Shown here: piece after piece, positions 1 to 10,416 of the stretch | Layout: the number at the start of each line of letters is the position of its first letter | How positions within the stretch are numbered: the first letter of the stretch is position 1 | Origin: Nitrososphaeria archaeon | GTDB taxonomy: Archaea; Thermoproteota; Nitrososphaeria; JACIWG01 | DNA length: 64,000 bases | Reading direction: 5' to 3' | Assembly (NCBI GenBank): GCA_050011875.1 | Contig: JBEKIG010000015.1 | Location: forward strand, 1-64,000 | Position numbers and translations under genes: made by a program | Notes under the pieces: generated by a model | Databases searched by the model: none | What the model was told of the DNA's origin: nothing | What the model saw: only the letters and a program-made list of their open reading frames with translations

Positions 1-282
1 AAAATGAATACAAAGGAGTTGATATCAAATTTCATTAACCTAGGCTTTAAAGCAGTTACAGTCTGTATAGATCCAAGGTTTCTTGATGCCTCCTTCTGCG
101 GCAGAATCCTGGATAAAGAATTCCTAGACGCCTTGCCTTCTAACGTAGATAAATGTGGAGAGAATGGAGAGTTTCACACATTTGTGTACGACGGCCCCAT
201 CTTCAGTTATCCTATAAAATGGGCTAAGGGTGATGTTGTTAAAAGGGACTCCTTCTATTTCTGCGATCTTATCCCATCTTGA
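1..282 (+). CDS. Diphthine-ammonia ligase-like PP-loop ATPase (DUF71/Dph6 family), 5' partial
   Basis: C-terminal motif VDKCGENGEFHTFVYDGPIF; frame open at the window edge. Confidence 0.75.
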   Translation, partial: KMNTKELISNFINLGFKAVTVCIDPRFLDASFCGRILDKEFLDALPSNVDKCGENGEFHTFVYDGPIFSYPIKWAKGDVVKRDSFYFCDLIPS

Positions 283-767
283 CACTATTTTACCTCATAT
301 CAACCACCTTACCCGTTCTATGCATCAAATCTGAGAACTTAGGAAAGGCATGTCGCAGTTGATAGACGATACCTTGGATAAGACCTTACCCCAAGACCTA
401 AACTATATTGGCATTAATCTTTTCAGCCTACCATATCTTCAAGTTCCGGCAATTCCTTTCCTTCTTTGACTTTTTCTATTATTTCCGGGTTCTGTTAAGT
501 TGTCGGGTGCTCGATGTTGTTTTTAACCGTCGGGGTGATATAAGATGAGGCCAACATCTCCAAGATCTCTAGGAAGCGCTATGGGTTATTCTACACGGAA
601 AGGATGTTAGATCGCAAAGGGAAATAGATTATGCAATGAAAGTTGCTCTTTGCACCAGAAAAGAAGACATAAGGCTTAACATCTAGCCCTGAATCGCCAG
701 AGCTCAAGAATGGGTCAAAAATTCTTTTATATCGACCCGTGGCTGTTTTTAATAATATGTGATAAAA

Positions 768-2069
768 ATGCAACTGGATTAGTTAAAGGAAAAAGTCTGC
801 GAAGCAATTGACAATAGAAGAGAGGAGCTAAAATCATTTGCAGCGGATATTCGCAGGAATCCAGAACTTGGATTCAAGGAATGCATAACTGCAAAGCAAG
901 TGAAGAAAAAGTTCGAAGAGCTGAAACTCGAATACGTTGAAGGCCGAGCAATTACAGGATTAAAAGCAAAATTCGGCAAGGGACCTGTTAACATAGCTGT
1001 CATCGGAGAGCTTGATGCAGTAATATGTGCTTCCCATCCTATGGCAGTTGGGAATGCCGCACATGCATGTGGGCATGATGCCCAACTTGCAGGAATGCTA
1101 GGAGTTGGATTTGGCCTAGTAGATTCTAGATTAATAAAATCATTGGACGGGACAGTCACACTTTTCGCTGTTCCAGCTGAAGAAGGCATAGAGTACGACT
1201 TTAGGCGGAAACTGGTTGAAGAAGGAAAACTGGAATTCATGTCAGGAAAACAGGAACTCATCAAGTTGGGCGATTTCGATGACGTGAGCATGGCAATGAT
1301 GTGCCACTCCGAAGGAACAATTGCGGGTAAGAGAATATGGCCGAGATCTTCTTCAAACGCTTCACTCTCCAAGATGGTAAGATATATTGGGAAGCCAGCA
1401 CATTACACAGCAGCGCCATGGAATGGAGTTAATGCATTGAATGCTGCTTTGCTGGGAATTCAAGCTGTCAATGCATTGAGAGAAACATTTAGAGATGAAG
1501 ACTTTGTGAGGTTTACACCTATAATCACAAAGGGAGGAGAAAGTGAAAACGCAGTACCGTCGGATGTGTATGTTAACGCGTACGTCAAGGCACGTACAAT
1601 GAAAGCTGTTGTAGATGCGAATAGGAAGGTCAACAGGGCATTGATTTCGGGGTCATACGCCATAGGCACTCAAATCGAAATTAGCGAATTCTGTAACTTT
1701 ATGCCCATAATACATAGTGAGCCTTTGGCACAAACATTTTCAAATAACGCTTCACAATTTATGGATGTCAAGGAGGAATTGTACAAGACCGCAGGATCGA
1801 CTGATATGGGTGACGTCAGTATGATTATGCCAGCAATTCACCCATTTGTTGGAGGCTCTGTTGGTGGCGTACATAGGAATACTTTCAAGCATGTAAACGA
1901 AGAGACCGCATTCATAATTCCTGCCAAGGTTATGGCTATGACGATCGTGGACCTCTTATACGATAATGCAAGATTAGGCAAGAAGATTGCTTTGGAGAAA
2001 AAAAGCAAAATGTCAAAGGAAGAATATCTGAAAAAACTTAGAGGCTTGAAAAGGACCATCAAGAAATAG
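768..2069 (+). pseudogene. M20 family amidohydrolase with in-frame TAG at codon 5 (780-782)
   Basis: HACGHD, PAEEG and GSTDMGDVS motifs. The frame upstream of the called GTG (900) reads MQLD*LKEKVCEAID...RNPELGFKE, the typical M20 N-terminus. Confidence 0.8.
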
Positions 2070-2484
2070 AATATGGAGAAAATGGCACGATTTAACCATC
2101 TGCGCAAGGTGCTCCCTTCCGATGATAGACGTCTAAATGTAAATGTCTCTCGTTTCCTGCTAGAATGTCATACTTATTAAATAGGAATTCTTTTGAAGTC
2201 TGTGTAATTTAGTCAGTCATCAAAGACATTAACAGAATTGGAAAGGACCCGATGTCGAGATTGGGATGTTGATTATGGTCGGCTGCAGACTTGAAAATAC
2301 TTTAAGAATCGCCCCTGCAACTCAGCTGGATCTTCGATTAGGAACCCCGCCTGACTCTGAAGTCAAAAAAATATCAAAACACTTTTACTTAATTTATTGA
2401 CATCTGTTGACCTTCTTAAGATTGGGGTATATCTACTTAATTAGGTTCAGTTATGACTTTTCAATACACCAAATTTAGGGTTTA

Positions 2485-3579
2485 TTAAACCGTCTGGAAG
2501 AGAAGTCTATTAAAGATTCTTAGGATATCTTCTTTGGGCGCCACCATATTCTGAAGCCTAGTAACTATCTGGAGACCGTGGGGACATCTTTCCTCACACC
2601 TTCCGCAGCCGTCGCAGGACCTTATTTGAGATATCTCTTCTTCGATTGTAGCTATAGAGTTGCTCATTCTTTCCCTGGACCATGGGAACTGCTCAAATGC
2701 CTGTGGCCCCATCGTTCGATAGTGATCGAATATTACATCTGAACCTAAGAGGTTGGCTAATGGAATCTTCTTGGGGCACGGTTCACATTCAGAGCACATT
2801 CGGCACCGCACGTGATCTAAACTCTCAGCCAGCTGATCCACTTGCCTCTTCTCTTCAGTAGTAAGGGAAATGTCTTGCATGCGATTTAACATAAAATCCT
2901 CCTCCGCCTCTTCCAACGTCGTTACACCAGGTACTACAGTGGATACCGGTTGGTTAATAAGCCACTTCAGCGACAAACTCGCAGGAAGTATACCTGTTGC
3001 CAGCGGTTTCATGATAGTCACCGCTATGCCTCTGCTGTTGCAGAGTGGGATAAGCTCCTTCAGAGGTTCCCTCTCTACTACGTTCATGGGTACAAGAATT
3101 ATGTCGAAATCGAAACGTTTGATCGCTTCTATGAGCACATCGCTCCTGTGACTCGTGCACCCTATGTACCTTATCAGACCCTTATCGCGAGCTTCTACAA
3201 GAGCTTCCAAAGCTCCACCTGGGCCAAGACGTTTCCCAAGATCTTCGATATTCCTTACACCGTGGAGGTGGCAGTTATCTAGGTAGCCCGTCTTCAGACG
3301 TTCGAGCGACTCCCTGATCTCCCTCCCAGCATCCTCCTTCGTCTTTGCTGTGGTCTTTGTTGAAAGGAACACTTTGTCACGGTTCCCTGCGAGGGCGATG
3401 CCTAACTTTATTTCACTATCCCAATATGATCTCGCTACGTCGATGTAGTTTACGCCCAGTTCAAGAGCTCTAAGGATTACCCTGACCCCGTAGCCTGTTT
3501 CAGACGAGCCTACAGGAACACATCCAAGGCCTAAAGCTGAGACCTCAAACCCTGTTCTGCCCAACCTCCGATATTGCAT
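2485..3579 (-). CDS. Aldo/keto reductase with C-terminal 4Fe-4S dicluster
   Basis: MQYRRLGRTG, GVNYIDVARSY, CRMCSECEPCP and CDGCGRCEERCP. Start set at 3579 by alignment to paralog 54217-55314 and a TATA-like element ~25-30 nt upstream. Confidence 0.85.
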   Translation of the reverse strand: MQYRRLGRTGFEVSALGLGCVPVGSSETGYGVRVILRALELGVNYIDVARSYWDSEIKLGIALAGNRDKVFLSTKTTAKTKEDAGREIRESLERLKTGYLDNCHLHGVRNIEDLGKRLGPGGALEALVEARDKGLIRYIGCTSHRSDVLIEAIKRFDFDIILVPMNVVEREPLKELIPLCNSRGIAVTIMKPLATGILPASLSLKWLINQPVSTVVPGVTTLEEAEEDFMLNRMQDISLTTEEKRQVDQLAESLDHVRCRMCSECEPCPKKIPLANLLGSDVIFDHYRTMGPQAFEQFPWSRERMSNSIATIEEEISQIRSCDGCGRCEERCPHGLQIVTRLQNMVAPKEDILRIFNRLLFQTV

Positions 3580-3774
3580 TATGGTCCTTATGACAGCGTT
3601 GCAGAAATATAAACACTTTGAATACCAAGCATAAATTTGATACAAATGACTTCTTAAGAAGACGCCTACAATAGGTCAGTTTCTACAACATCTTTTCTCA
3701 GTTTTCGATCGACTGCAGTTATAGAAATACCTATATCCACACCCCCTCTTCGGACACCATTTGAGGTTACTTTT

Positions 3775-4734
3775 GTGGAACCTGCGATAGAAACTATCGG
3801 CCTCTCGAAAAGTTACGGTTCTCTCACAGCCGTGAACAAGCTGAATTTGAAAGTCGAGAGAAACACGATACATGGTTTCTTGGGCCCTAATGGTGCAGGG
3901 AAAACTACCACGATAAAGATGCTCGTTGGCCTCTTGAAGCCTGACGGAGGTACCGCCAGGGTGTTAGGACAGGAGGTCCGCGGCGATAACCCTGCTGCAA
4001 GGATGAAGGTGGGCTACATGCCAGAGCTACCCAGGTTACCCAAACACCTGAAAGGATTTGAGCTCCTCGACATCTATGGTAGGATGTGCGGAATGCCCGA
4101 GCATGAACGCAGGGAGCAGATACCAAAGCTTCTGGATATGGCGGGCCTCAGGGGGAGAGAGAAAGACCTCATCGGAAAATACAGCAAGGGGATGCAGCAG
4201 CGCATAGGGATCGCGCAGGCGCTCCTTGGCCATCCTGAACTCGTGATTTTGGATGAGCCCAGCCTAGGTCTAGATCCTGTTGGCATGATCGAGGTAAGGG
4301 AGCTGATGAAGGAGATCGCAAGAGAGGGGAGGACAGTGTTCGTGTCATCGCATCTTTTATTTGAGGTCGAACAGATCTGTGATTATGTCACAATAATTCA
4401 TCATGGGAACCTTCTTGTTTCAGATTCTCTTCAAAACGTCTTGGGCATGCTTCACGGACGCACGGCATTGCAAATAGAGGTGGTCAACCTCACAAATGCT
4501 ATGATCGAGGGTGTGAGGAGCCTACCATTTGTCTCCAACGTCACGAAGACAGAAAATGCTCTTACAATTGAGTTGAGTACTGGTGATGATGTGCGGCCCC
4601 AAATTTCGCAGGAGGTCACCAAGCGCGGAGGAGTCATCGTCTCCATGAGCATGAAAGGGCACAACTTGGAAGATGTCTTTGTTCAGTTGGTTGCGAAATC
4701 TGATAGCAAAGCGGAAGGAGGGGTTGTAAAGTAA
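3775..4734 (+). CDS. ABC-2 type transporter ATP-binding protein
   Basis: Walker A GPNGAGKTT, signature YSKGMQQR, Walker B LVILDEP, SSH switch. Confidence 0.92.
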   Translation: MEPAIETIGLSKSYGSLTAVNKLNLKVERNTIHGFLGPNGAGKTTTIKMLVGLLKPDGGTARVLGQEVRGDNPAARMKVGYMPELPRLPKHLKGFELLDIYGRMCGMPEHERREQIPKLLDMAGLRGREKDLIGKYSKGMQQRIGIAQALLGHPELVILDEPSLGLDPVGMIEVRELMKEIAREGRTVFVSSHLLFEVEQICDYVTIIHHGNLLVSDSLQNVLGMLHGRTALQIEVVNLTNAMIEGVRSLPFVSNVTKTENALTIELSTGDDVRPQISQEVTKRGGVIVSMSMKGHNLEDVFVQLVAKSDSKAEGGVVK

Positions 4735-5703
4735 TTGAGCGCAGAAACTGAAACAAGAAAAATGAAGGCCAACAGTTCTTTGCGTTTCTGGGCAATCGTA
4801 AGGTACGAAATACTCTGGAACATACGAAAGAAAAAAGTACTTGGTATGGTCTTGTTCGCGCTGGTTTTCTCGATTATTCCGCTCGCACTCGCTCCAGCTT
4901 TGATCAGCATCGTTGGCCAAACTCTGACGAAGAACCCTGACTACGTTGCGACCTCCGGTGGAATCAGCGGGCTCATCATGTTCCTCTTTGGTCTGGTTGC
5001 TGTAATGAACAGCATTTCCGGGGAATTTGAGAGCGGGACGATAGTGCCTCTGCTGACCAAGCCTGTGTCGAGGACTATGGTGTTTCTGGGAAAGGTCTCG
5101 GCGGCGATCCTGACACTGATTCCTGTGTACATCCTGCTCTACGTCATACAAATCGTTGGAGGAATCATTGTTTATGGACCGCAGAACAATCTCTACCTCG
5201 CTTCTCTTTCCTTCCTCGGCAACATCATCAGCACGCTAGTCTGGATAGCGGTTGTGCTCGCGATAGGATCTGTTACAAAGAGTTCTCTTTTTGCTGCGCT
5301 CGGCCCTTTTGTGATCTACATTGCCTTATCCATCAGCGCGGGAATCATCGCTGTTTACTCGGGGCAGGCATGGATTCTAACCTACATACCTGGAGGCGGG
5401 AATACAGGATATGTTGTCAGCACTGCGAACGCTTACGTAAGTCTGTCAACGACATCGGTGTCAACTGGGACAGATGGGATTGCCGCTGCTCTGGTGAGTT
5501 ACGTGCTTCATCCTTCGTATTACGTGCTATTTGCAAAGATTAGTGGTATTAGCAGTTCAGTGACGTCTTCCACTTTAACTGTCATTTCAACCGAGCCGCT
5601 CTTGGAGGTGTTACTCACAGCCATAGGCGTCGCATTTGCTTACATCATTGCCTTTCTCCTCATCGCTTAGTTTGCATTCAGACGGGCTCAAGTCTCTGAG
5701 TGA
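4735..5703 (+). CDS. ABC-2 type transporter permease; TAG at 5668-5670 is probably premature (10 more codons to TGA 5701-5703)
   Basis: Multiple TM segments, motif SISGEFESGTIVPLLTKPVSR; continuation *FAFRRAQVSE* resembles the family C-terminus. Confidence 0.8.
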
Positions 5704-5872
5704 AGTCGATAACTGCGATATCCGACTCCGAGGTCAGGCAGAAAATCACGAAGGAACATGAATCTTAAGAATTGATAGAAGCGGTTGCATTCTAACTTTG
5801 ATTTGGACTATCGTGGGCGTCAAAGTTTTAGGAGATAGAATTATTCAACAAATAGTATGTGTAAGTTGCTAT

Positions 5873-7033
5873 TTAAAATATCGGCTTAAACATGTCATCT
5901 TTTCCGATTTCTAGTGTAAAGTATGCAAGACACGGTACGACTATCCCCGTAATCTGTGTAAGAGTGGTGTTTGGAAGGTAGTCTACTGTAAAACCTAACC
6001 CATCAGATGCTAGAGGAGAAATGTTTGTGAGGTTGTTATTTTGACTATCGTGCATTATAGTCACGTAGTACGGGAAACTTCCTATCGCTCCAACTTTGTT
6101 GCCAACTATGGCGGTGGCGTTCGAAAACGATGCGCTCCCAAAGTTGGCCAGATTACTCAGCTGACGGCCGAATGTAGGTCTCTCAACAATCCATTCAGCT
6201 GAAAGCATACTTGATCTGTAGACGACGTTCTGATGAAACGCCTGTTTTGTGGTTGTATCATTCAGGTTTATTAGCCACAGATCCGTTGTTGGATCAACTA
6301 AGGTTATTGAAGCGATAATCTTATCCCTTGGCGAGACATTGAAACTCATTAGGGTCCTTGAATACATTGGTAACACTTCGAACCAAGCGGAATATTGAGC
6401 TTGTCCGTTTACAGAGTCCTGTTCAGTACCACATTGAATCAACGTTCTATCCGTGAAACCACCGATACCTATCCATAATGCACTGTAGAAAGAAAGAGTA
6501 TTATTCTGTGAAATGGACACGCTTGGAACTATCCATGAACTGTTCACACCTGTTATAACGGATTGAGGGTTTTGATAATCTGAGATGACAACATAGCCCG
6601 CCCAATCTAAGCTTAAAATTTCATTTCCAGTAATGTTTGGGGATATTGTAGTTGTCGGCATTACTGTAGTTGTTATTGTAGTTGTTACCAAAGACGTTGT
6701 AGTAGTTACTGAAGTGGTTGTAACAGTTGAGGTAGCTGCAGCAGTGGACGTTGTCGGCGTTATAGTAGTTGTTGAAGTAACTGTCGCAGTAGTTGTAGTG
6801 AGAGATGGTACCGTAGTTGTCTCAGTTGAGGTTGTAGTAGAAGTTGTAGTTACAGTTTTGGCCCCAACTAATCCAATAAACACGACAGTGCTAACCCCCG
6901 TTATGACAATAATAACAGCTACAGCTATTGCGACAAGCTTTAACGAAATTGCTCTCAATTTATTTTCCGTCGATAATTTCAAAAGCCTGCTAATAAATAT
7001 TTTAAGAAGCAGATTAAAAATATTGAAAAGCAT
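5873..7033 (-). CDS. Membrane-anchored G1 family glutamic peptidase with Thr-rich linker
   Basis: DWAGYV, SALWIGIGG, LIQCGTEQD, SAEWIVERP; N-terminal TM helix; start uncertain. Confidence 0.85.
   Translation of the reverse strand: MLFNIFNLLLKIFISRLLKLSTENKLRAISLKLVAIAVAVIIVITGVSTVVFIGLVGAKTVTTTSTTTSTETTTVPSLTTTTATVTSTTTITPTTSTAAATSTVTTTSVTTTTSLVTTTITTTVMPTTTISPNITGNEILSLDWAGYVVISDYQNPQSVITGVNSSWIVPSVSISQNNTLSFYSALWIGIGGFTDRTLIQCGTEQDSVNGQAQYSAWFEVLPMYSRTLMSFNVSPRDKIIASITLVDPTTDLWLINLNDTTTKQAFHQNVVYRSSMLSAEWIVERPTFGRQLSNLANFGSASFSNATAIVGNKVGAIGSFPYYVTIMHDSQNNNLTNISPLASDGLGFTVDYLPNTTLTQITGIVVPCLAYFTLEIGKDDMFKPIF
6640..6856 (-). repeat. Low-complexity Thr-rich coding repeat (ACN codons)
   Basis: Repeated gttgtagta-like units encoding TTTSTTTSTETTT... 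Confidence 0.7.
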
Positions 7034-7170
7034 AGAGAAAAGGTTCCCACAAGCTAAGACGTCTGCTTCCTAAGCTTCTGAGCGATTAAACCCGACATAT
7101 CAAGTCCACCAGCATAAACCTGAACAATGAATATATATCGTGAGTATATGACAATTAAGGAAGGCGCATC

Positions 7171-8292
7171 ATGATGAACCAAAGAGAAAGAGTACTCACG
7201 TTATTGAATGGGGGTATGCCCGATAGGATACCGTTTGCGCATTGTGACAGGCATCTTCCTCGAGGGGAAAAAGAAAGAAAAGCAAGAAACATGGGCATGG
7301 CACTTCTCATCTACAGACCATGCTACAACGAATCTATATCAGATGTTGAGGTTACAACAAAAAACGAACCCGGCTCAATCGTTACAACATATAGGACACC
7401 AATAGGCAGTCTAACGGAAGTGATGAGAGTAGGTGCCGGCTACGGCCAAGCACTGTTTGGCAGGGATTGGAAGGGAATGCAGCCTATAAGGACACAGTAT
7501 CTTGTGAAGAAACCTGAGGATTATAAAATTCTCAAGTTCATAATAGAACACACCAAATACGAGCCCTACTATTATCCCGTAGAGGATCAGCTTCAAAGGA
7601 TAGGAGACGACGGCATAGTTATAACGACGATACCCTATGAGCCGATGCAGAGACTTCTCATAACATGGGTTGGATCAAGATTGTACCTTGACCTCTTAAA
7701 AAATAGGGAGGAAGTCGAAGAAGTATACAACGCTCTTGAACAGAAATATGAAGATGAGCTCTTTCCAATATCCGCGGACTCACCCTCCGAAGTAATAGCT
7801 TACGGGGGAAACATAGACAGTGTGCTAGTGAATCCTCAGATGTTTGAGAGATACTATCTGCCAACCTACGAGAAGTGTTGGAGAACACTTCATTCTAAGG
7901 GTAAACTTTTGAACGTCCACATGGACGGAAAACTTAAAGCGCTCACAGGACTTGTCACAAAATCCAAAGTGGATATTGTGGAGGCTGTTACTCCACCGCC
8001 GATGGGAGACCTGCCTCTTGACACCGCGTTATCGCTCTGGAAGGATAAGATCATTTGGATAAATTTCCCTTCAGCGATTTCGACAGCTCTTGGACCAAGA
8101 CCTTCCAAAGTAAAGGAGTACCTTTTGGAACAGTTAGAAAAGACCATTCCGTCTGACAGGACAATGCTTATCGCTTCAACAGAAAATTTTGTCCCCGAGG
8201 ACAATATTATAGCAATGGCTGAAGTAATGGAGCAGGCTACGCTACCGTTGACTATGGAAACCATAGAAAGAATACGAGGTAATAGAACGTAA
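7171..8292 (+). CDS. Uroporphyrinogen decarboxylase / MtaA-CmuA-like family protein
   Basis: MNQRERVL..GGMPDRIP start; LVNPQMFERYYLP, VHMDG, TPPPMGD, IIWINFP. Confidence 0.75.
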   Translation: MMNQRERVLTLLNGGMPDRIPFAHCDRHLPRGEKERKARNMGMALLIYRPCYNESISDVEVTTKNEPGSIVTTYRTPIGSLTEVMRVGAGYGQALFGRDWKGMQPIRTQYLVKKPEDYKILKFIIEHTKYEPYYYPVEDQLQRIGDDGIVITTIPYEPMQRLLITWVGSRLYLDLLKNREEVEEVYNALEQKYEDELFPISADSPSEVIAYGGNIDSVLVNPQMFERYYLPTYEKCWRTLHSKGKLLNVHMDGKLKALTGLVTKSKVDIVEAVTPPPMGDLPLDTALSLWKDKIIWINFPSAISTALGPRPSKVKEYLLEQLEKTIPSDRTMLIASTENFVPEDNIIAMAEVMEQATLPLTMETIERIRGNRT

Positions 8293-8319
8293 AGAGGAAA
8301 TAATTTAGTCAGAACTATA

Positions 8320-9297
8320 TCAATATGGTAAAGCTACGCCGATTTTATTCTTCAGTGCTTTATCGTAGACTGCTTTAGAAACCGCCAGGTCAACAAGCGC
8401 TAGACCCAAGTTCACCGCAGTTATTCGCTCATTTTCATTCTTGCGCCCCTTCTTTACGCCAGCAACAAGCTCACAGAGTTCACCATCAACCCTTTCAACA
8501 GACTGGAAGTGCCCTATTGTCTTGTAGTATTCGAACTGTTTTAAGTCATCGGTGTAAAGCCTATCAGGTTTGCGGAAGGTGTCTGAATCCCAGTAGCTAT
8601 CAAATTCGATAGGGCACATGAGCGCACCTCTCTTCACCCAGCTGAGCTTGGCCACAGGATTAGGCTTCTTCGATATAGGTGTTGCAGTTACTATAATGTC
8701 CGAATCTTCCACAACCTCTCTGGGACCTGCTGCCTTTATGATTTCGACGTTAAAATTTCTCTTAGCATATTCTACATACTGCTCTAGCTTCTCCTTCGAT
8801 ACGTCGAATGCTTTAACATTTTTTATACTATTGAACTCAGAGCACAACGCTTCCAGATGACTTTTTCCCTGAACGCCACACCCGACTATGCCTATTACTT
8901 CTGGGTTCTCTCGTGCAAGATACTTCGCAGAAAGCACGGTTACGGCACCTGTTCTCTTTGCAGTCACCCATGAGGCGTCCATTATACAGACAGGCAGACC
9001 GGTACTTGGGTCATTTAATATAATCAACCCTGATATGTACGGGAGATTCTTTGAAGGATTTTGTGGGTATCCGGCTATCCACTTTATGCCTGCGGCATCG
9101 ATCTTCGGTATGTAGGCTGGCATAGCGTGAATGAAGGCGTCTTCTATTGGATGAATGCCCGGTTTTGGCGGCATTTCAACCCTTTCGTGGTACTTTTCCT
9201 CGAACACATCCTTGACAGTTGATACGATCTCTTTGAAACCCAACCCAGCAGCTTGAACATCCTTTTTAGATAGATAGAGTATTTCCTTTCCGAGCAT
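8320..9297 (-). CDS. Ornithine cyclodeaminase / mu-crystallin family (archaeal alanine dehydrogenase-like)
   Basis: HAMPAY, GIKW, TAKRTGA, GIVGCGVQG, GLALVDLA. Confidence 0.85.
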   Translation of the reverse strand: MLGKEILYLSKKDVQAAGLGFKEIVSTVKDVFEEKYHERVEMPPKPGIHPIEDAFIHAMPAYIPKIDAAGIKWIAGYPQNPSKNLPYISGLIILNDPSTGLPVCIMDASWVTAKRTGAVTVLSAKYLARENPEVIGIVGCGVQGKSHLEALCSEFNSIKNVKAFDVSKEKLEQYVEYAKRNFNVEIIKAAGPREVVEDSDIIVTATPISKKPNPVAKLSWVKRGALMCPIEFDSYWDSDTFRKPDRLYTDDLKQFEYYKTIGHFQSVERVDGELCELVAGVKKGRKNENERITAVNLGLALVDLAVSKAVYDKALKNKIGVALPY

Positions 9298-9393
9298 TGC
9301 AGAAACTTTCAGTCGAGTTGACTTAAGCTTTTCTAAAGCAATTTACTATAGAATTAAGACTACGTGAAAAATGTAATACGATGGCAGGTTGAT

Positions 9394-10416
9394 TCAGGCG
9401 CACAGCTTAAACTTTTTCGTAGCAAGTTCTACAGCCAACTTTATTGCCTCTAGAGTTGCTGTTTCATTGCCTGTGCCCTTTCCAGCCTTACCCCAAACCG
9501 TACCGTGGTCTGGTGAAGTTCTTATTATAGGCAGACCAAGGCTAAGGTTAACCCCTTCCATGAAACCGACCATCTTCATCGCTATATGCCCTTGGTCATG
9601 GTACATCGCTATGACAACATCAAATTGCTTGACGAAATATGCACGATAGAAGATCGTGTCAGGAGGATATGGTCCTGTAACGTTTACGCCTTTGGCGGCT
9701 GCTTCTTTGATTGCGGGAGAGATCTCGTTTATTTCTTCGTCGCCGAAAAGACCGTTTTCCCCTGCGTGAGGATTTAAACCGGCGACAGCTATCCTTGCTT
9801 GGGGGGTCCCAAATAATTCAACTAAACTTCGTTGCGTCAACTCTAGAGTTTTCAGCACCCTCTCCTTCTTTATAAGATCTATGGCTTCGCGCATAGAAAC
9901 ATGTGTGGTTACATGAACTACTTTGAACGGCCCCGCAACCAGCATCATCTTAACATCTTTAGCATCCGTCAGGTCTGCCAAGAGTTCGGTGTGTCCAGGA
10001 TAACTGTACCCAGCCGAGTTCAAGCTATCCTTGCTTATTGGAGCGGTAACAATCGCATGTACGTCATTCGAGAGTGCATAGCGTACTGCCTGAACTATAG
10101 CATCGTAGGCCGACTTTCCTCCCAGTGAGGAGGATTTTCCGTAGATAAGTGCTGCCATGTCAACGTCATTAAGGTCGATGACGTTAACGGTCAGAGGTGC
10201 GTCTAAAGCTTCCGAGGGAGAAGATATCTTGACGAATTTCAGTTCCTTTGCTCCGATGGTCTCCGAAGCCTTTCTGAACACCTGGAAATCGCCTACTAGA
10301 ACGTATCTGGCGTTTTGGGGAAGACTTTTGTTTTTCAAAGCCTTTAAGGTTATTTCAGGTCCGGATCCTGCTGGGTCACCCATAGTTATTGCTATTAAGG
10401 GCTTGCTCGAATCCAA
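9394..10416 (-). CDS. pdxA: PdxA family dehydrogenase (PdxA2 type, four-carbon acid sugar 4-phosphate dehydrogenase)
   Basis: ITMGDPAG, TAPISK, GHTE, GLNPHAGE, MYHDQGH, RTSPDHGT; adjacent to a DUF1537 kinase. Confidence 0.9.
   Translation of the reverse strand: MDSSKPLIAITMGDPAGSGPEITLKALKNKSLPQNARYVLVGDFQVFRKASETIGAKELKFVKISSPSEALDAPLTVNVIDLNDVDMAALIYGKSSSLGGKSAYDAIVQAVRYALSNDVHAIVTAPISKDSLNSAGYSYPGHTELLADLTDAKDVKMMLVAGPFKVVHVTTHVSMREAIDLIKKERVLKTLELTQRSLVELFGTPQARIAVAGLNPHAGENGLFGDEEINEISPAIKEAAAKGVNVTGPYPPDTIFYRAYFVKQFDVVIAMYHDQGHIAMKMVGFMEGVNLSLGLPIIRTSPDHGTVWGKAGKGTGNETATLEAIKLAVELATKKFKLCA

Noticed and set aside
283-590. Possible degraded coding remnant on the minus strand
   Set aside because: Short protein-like pieces in shifting frames, with no recognisable family
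779-1372. Antisense shadow ORFs (also 6633-7073, 4522-5151, 25937-26527 and many others)
   Set aside because: They lie opposite well-supported genes and have no motifs
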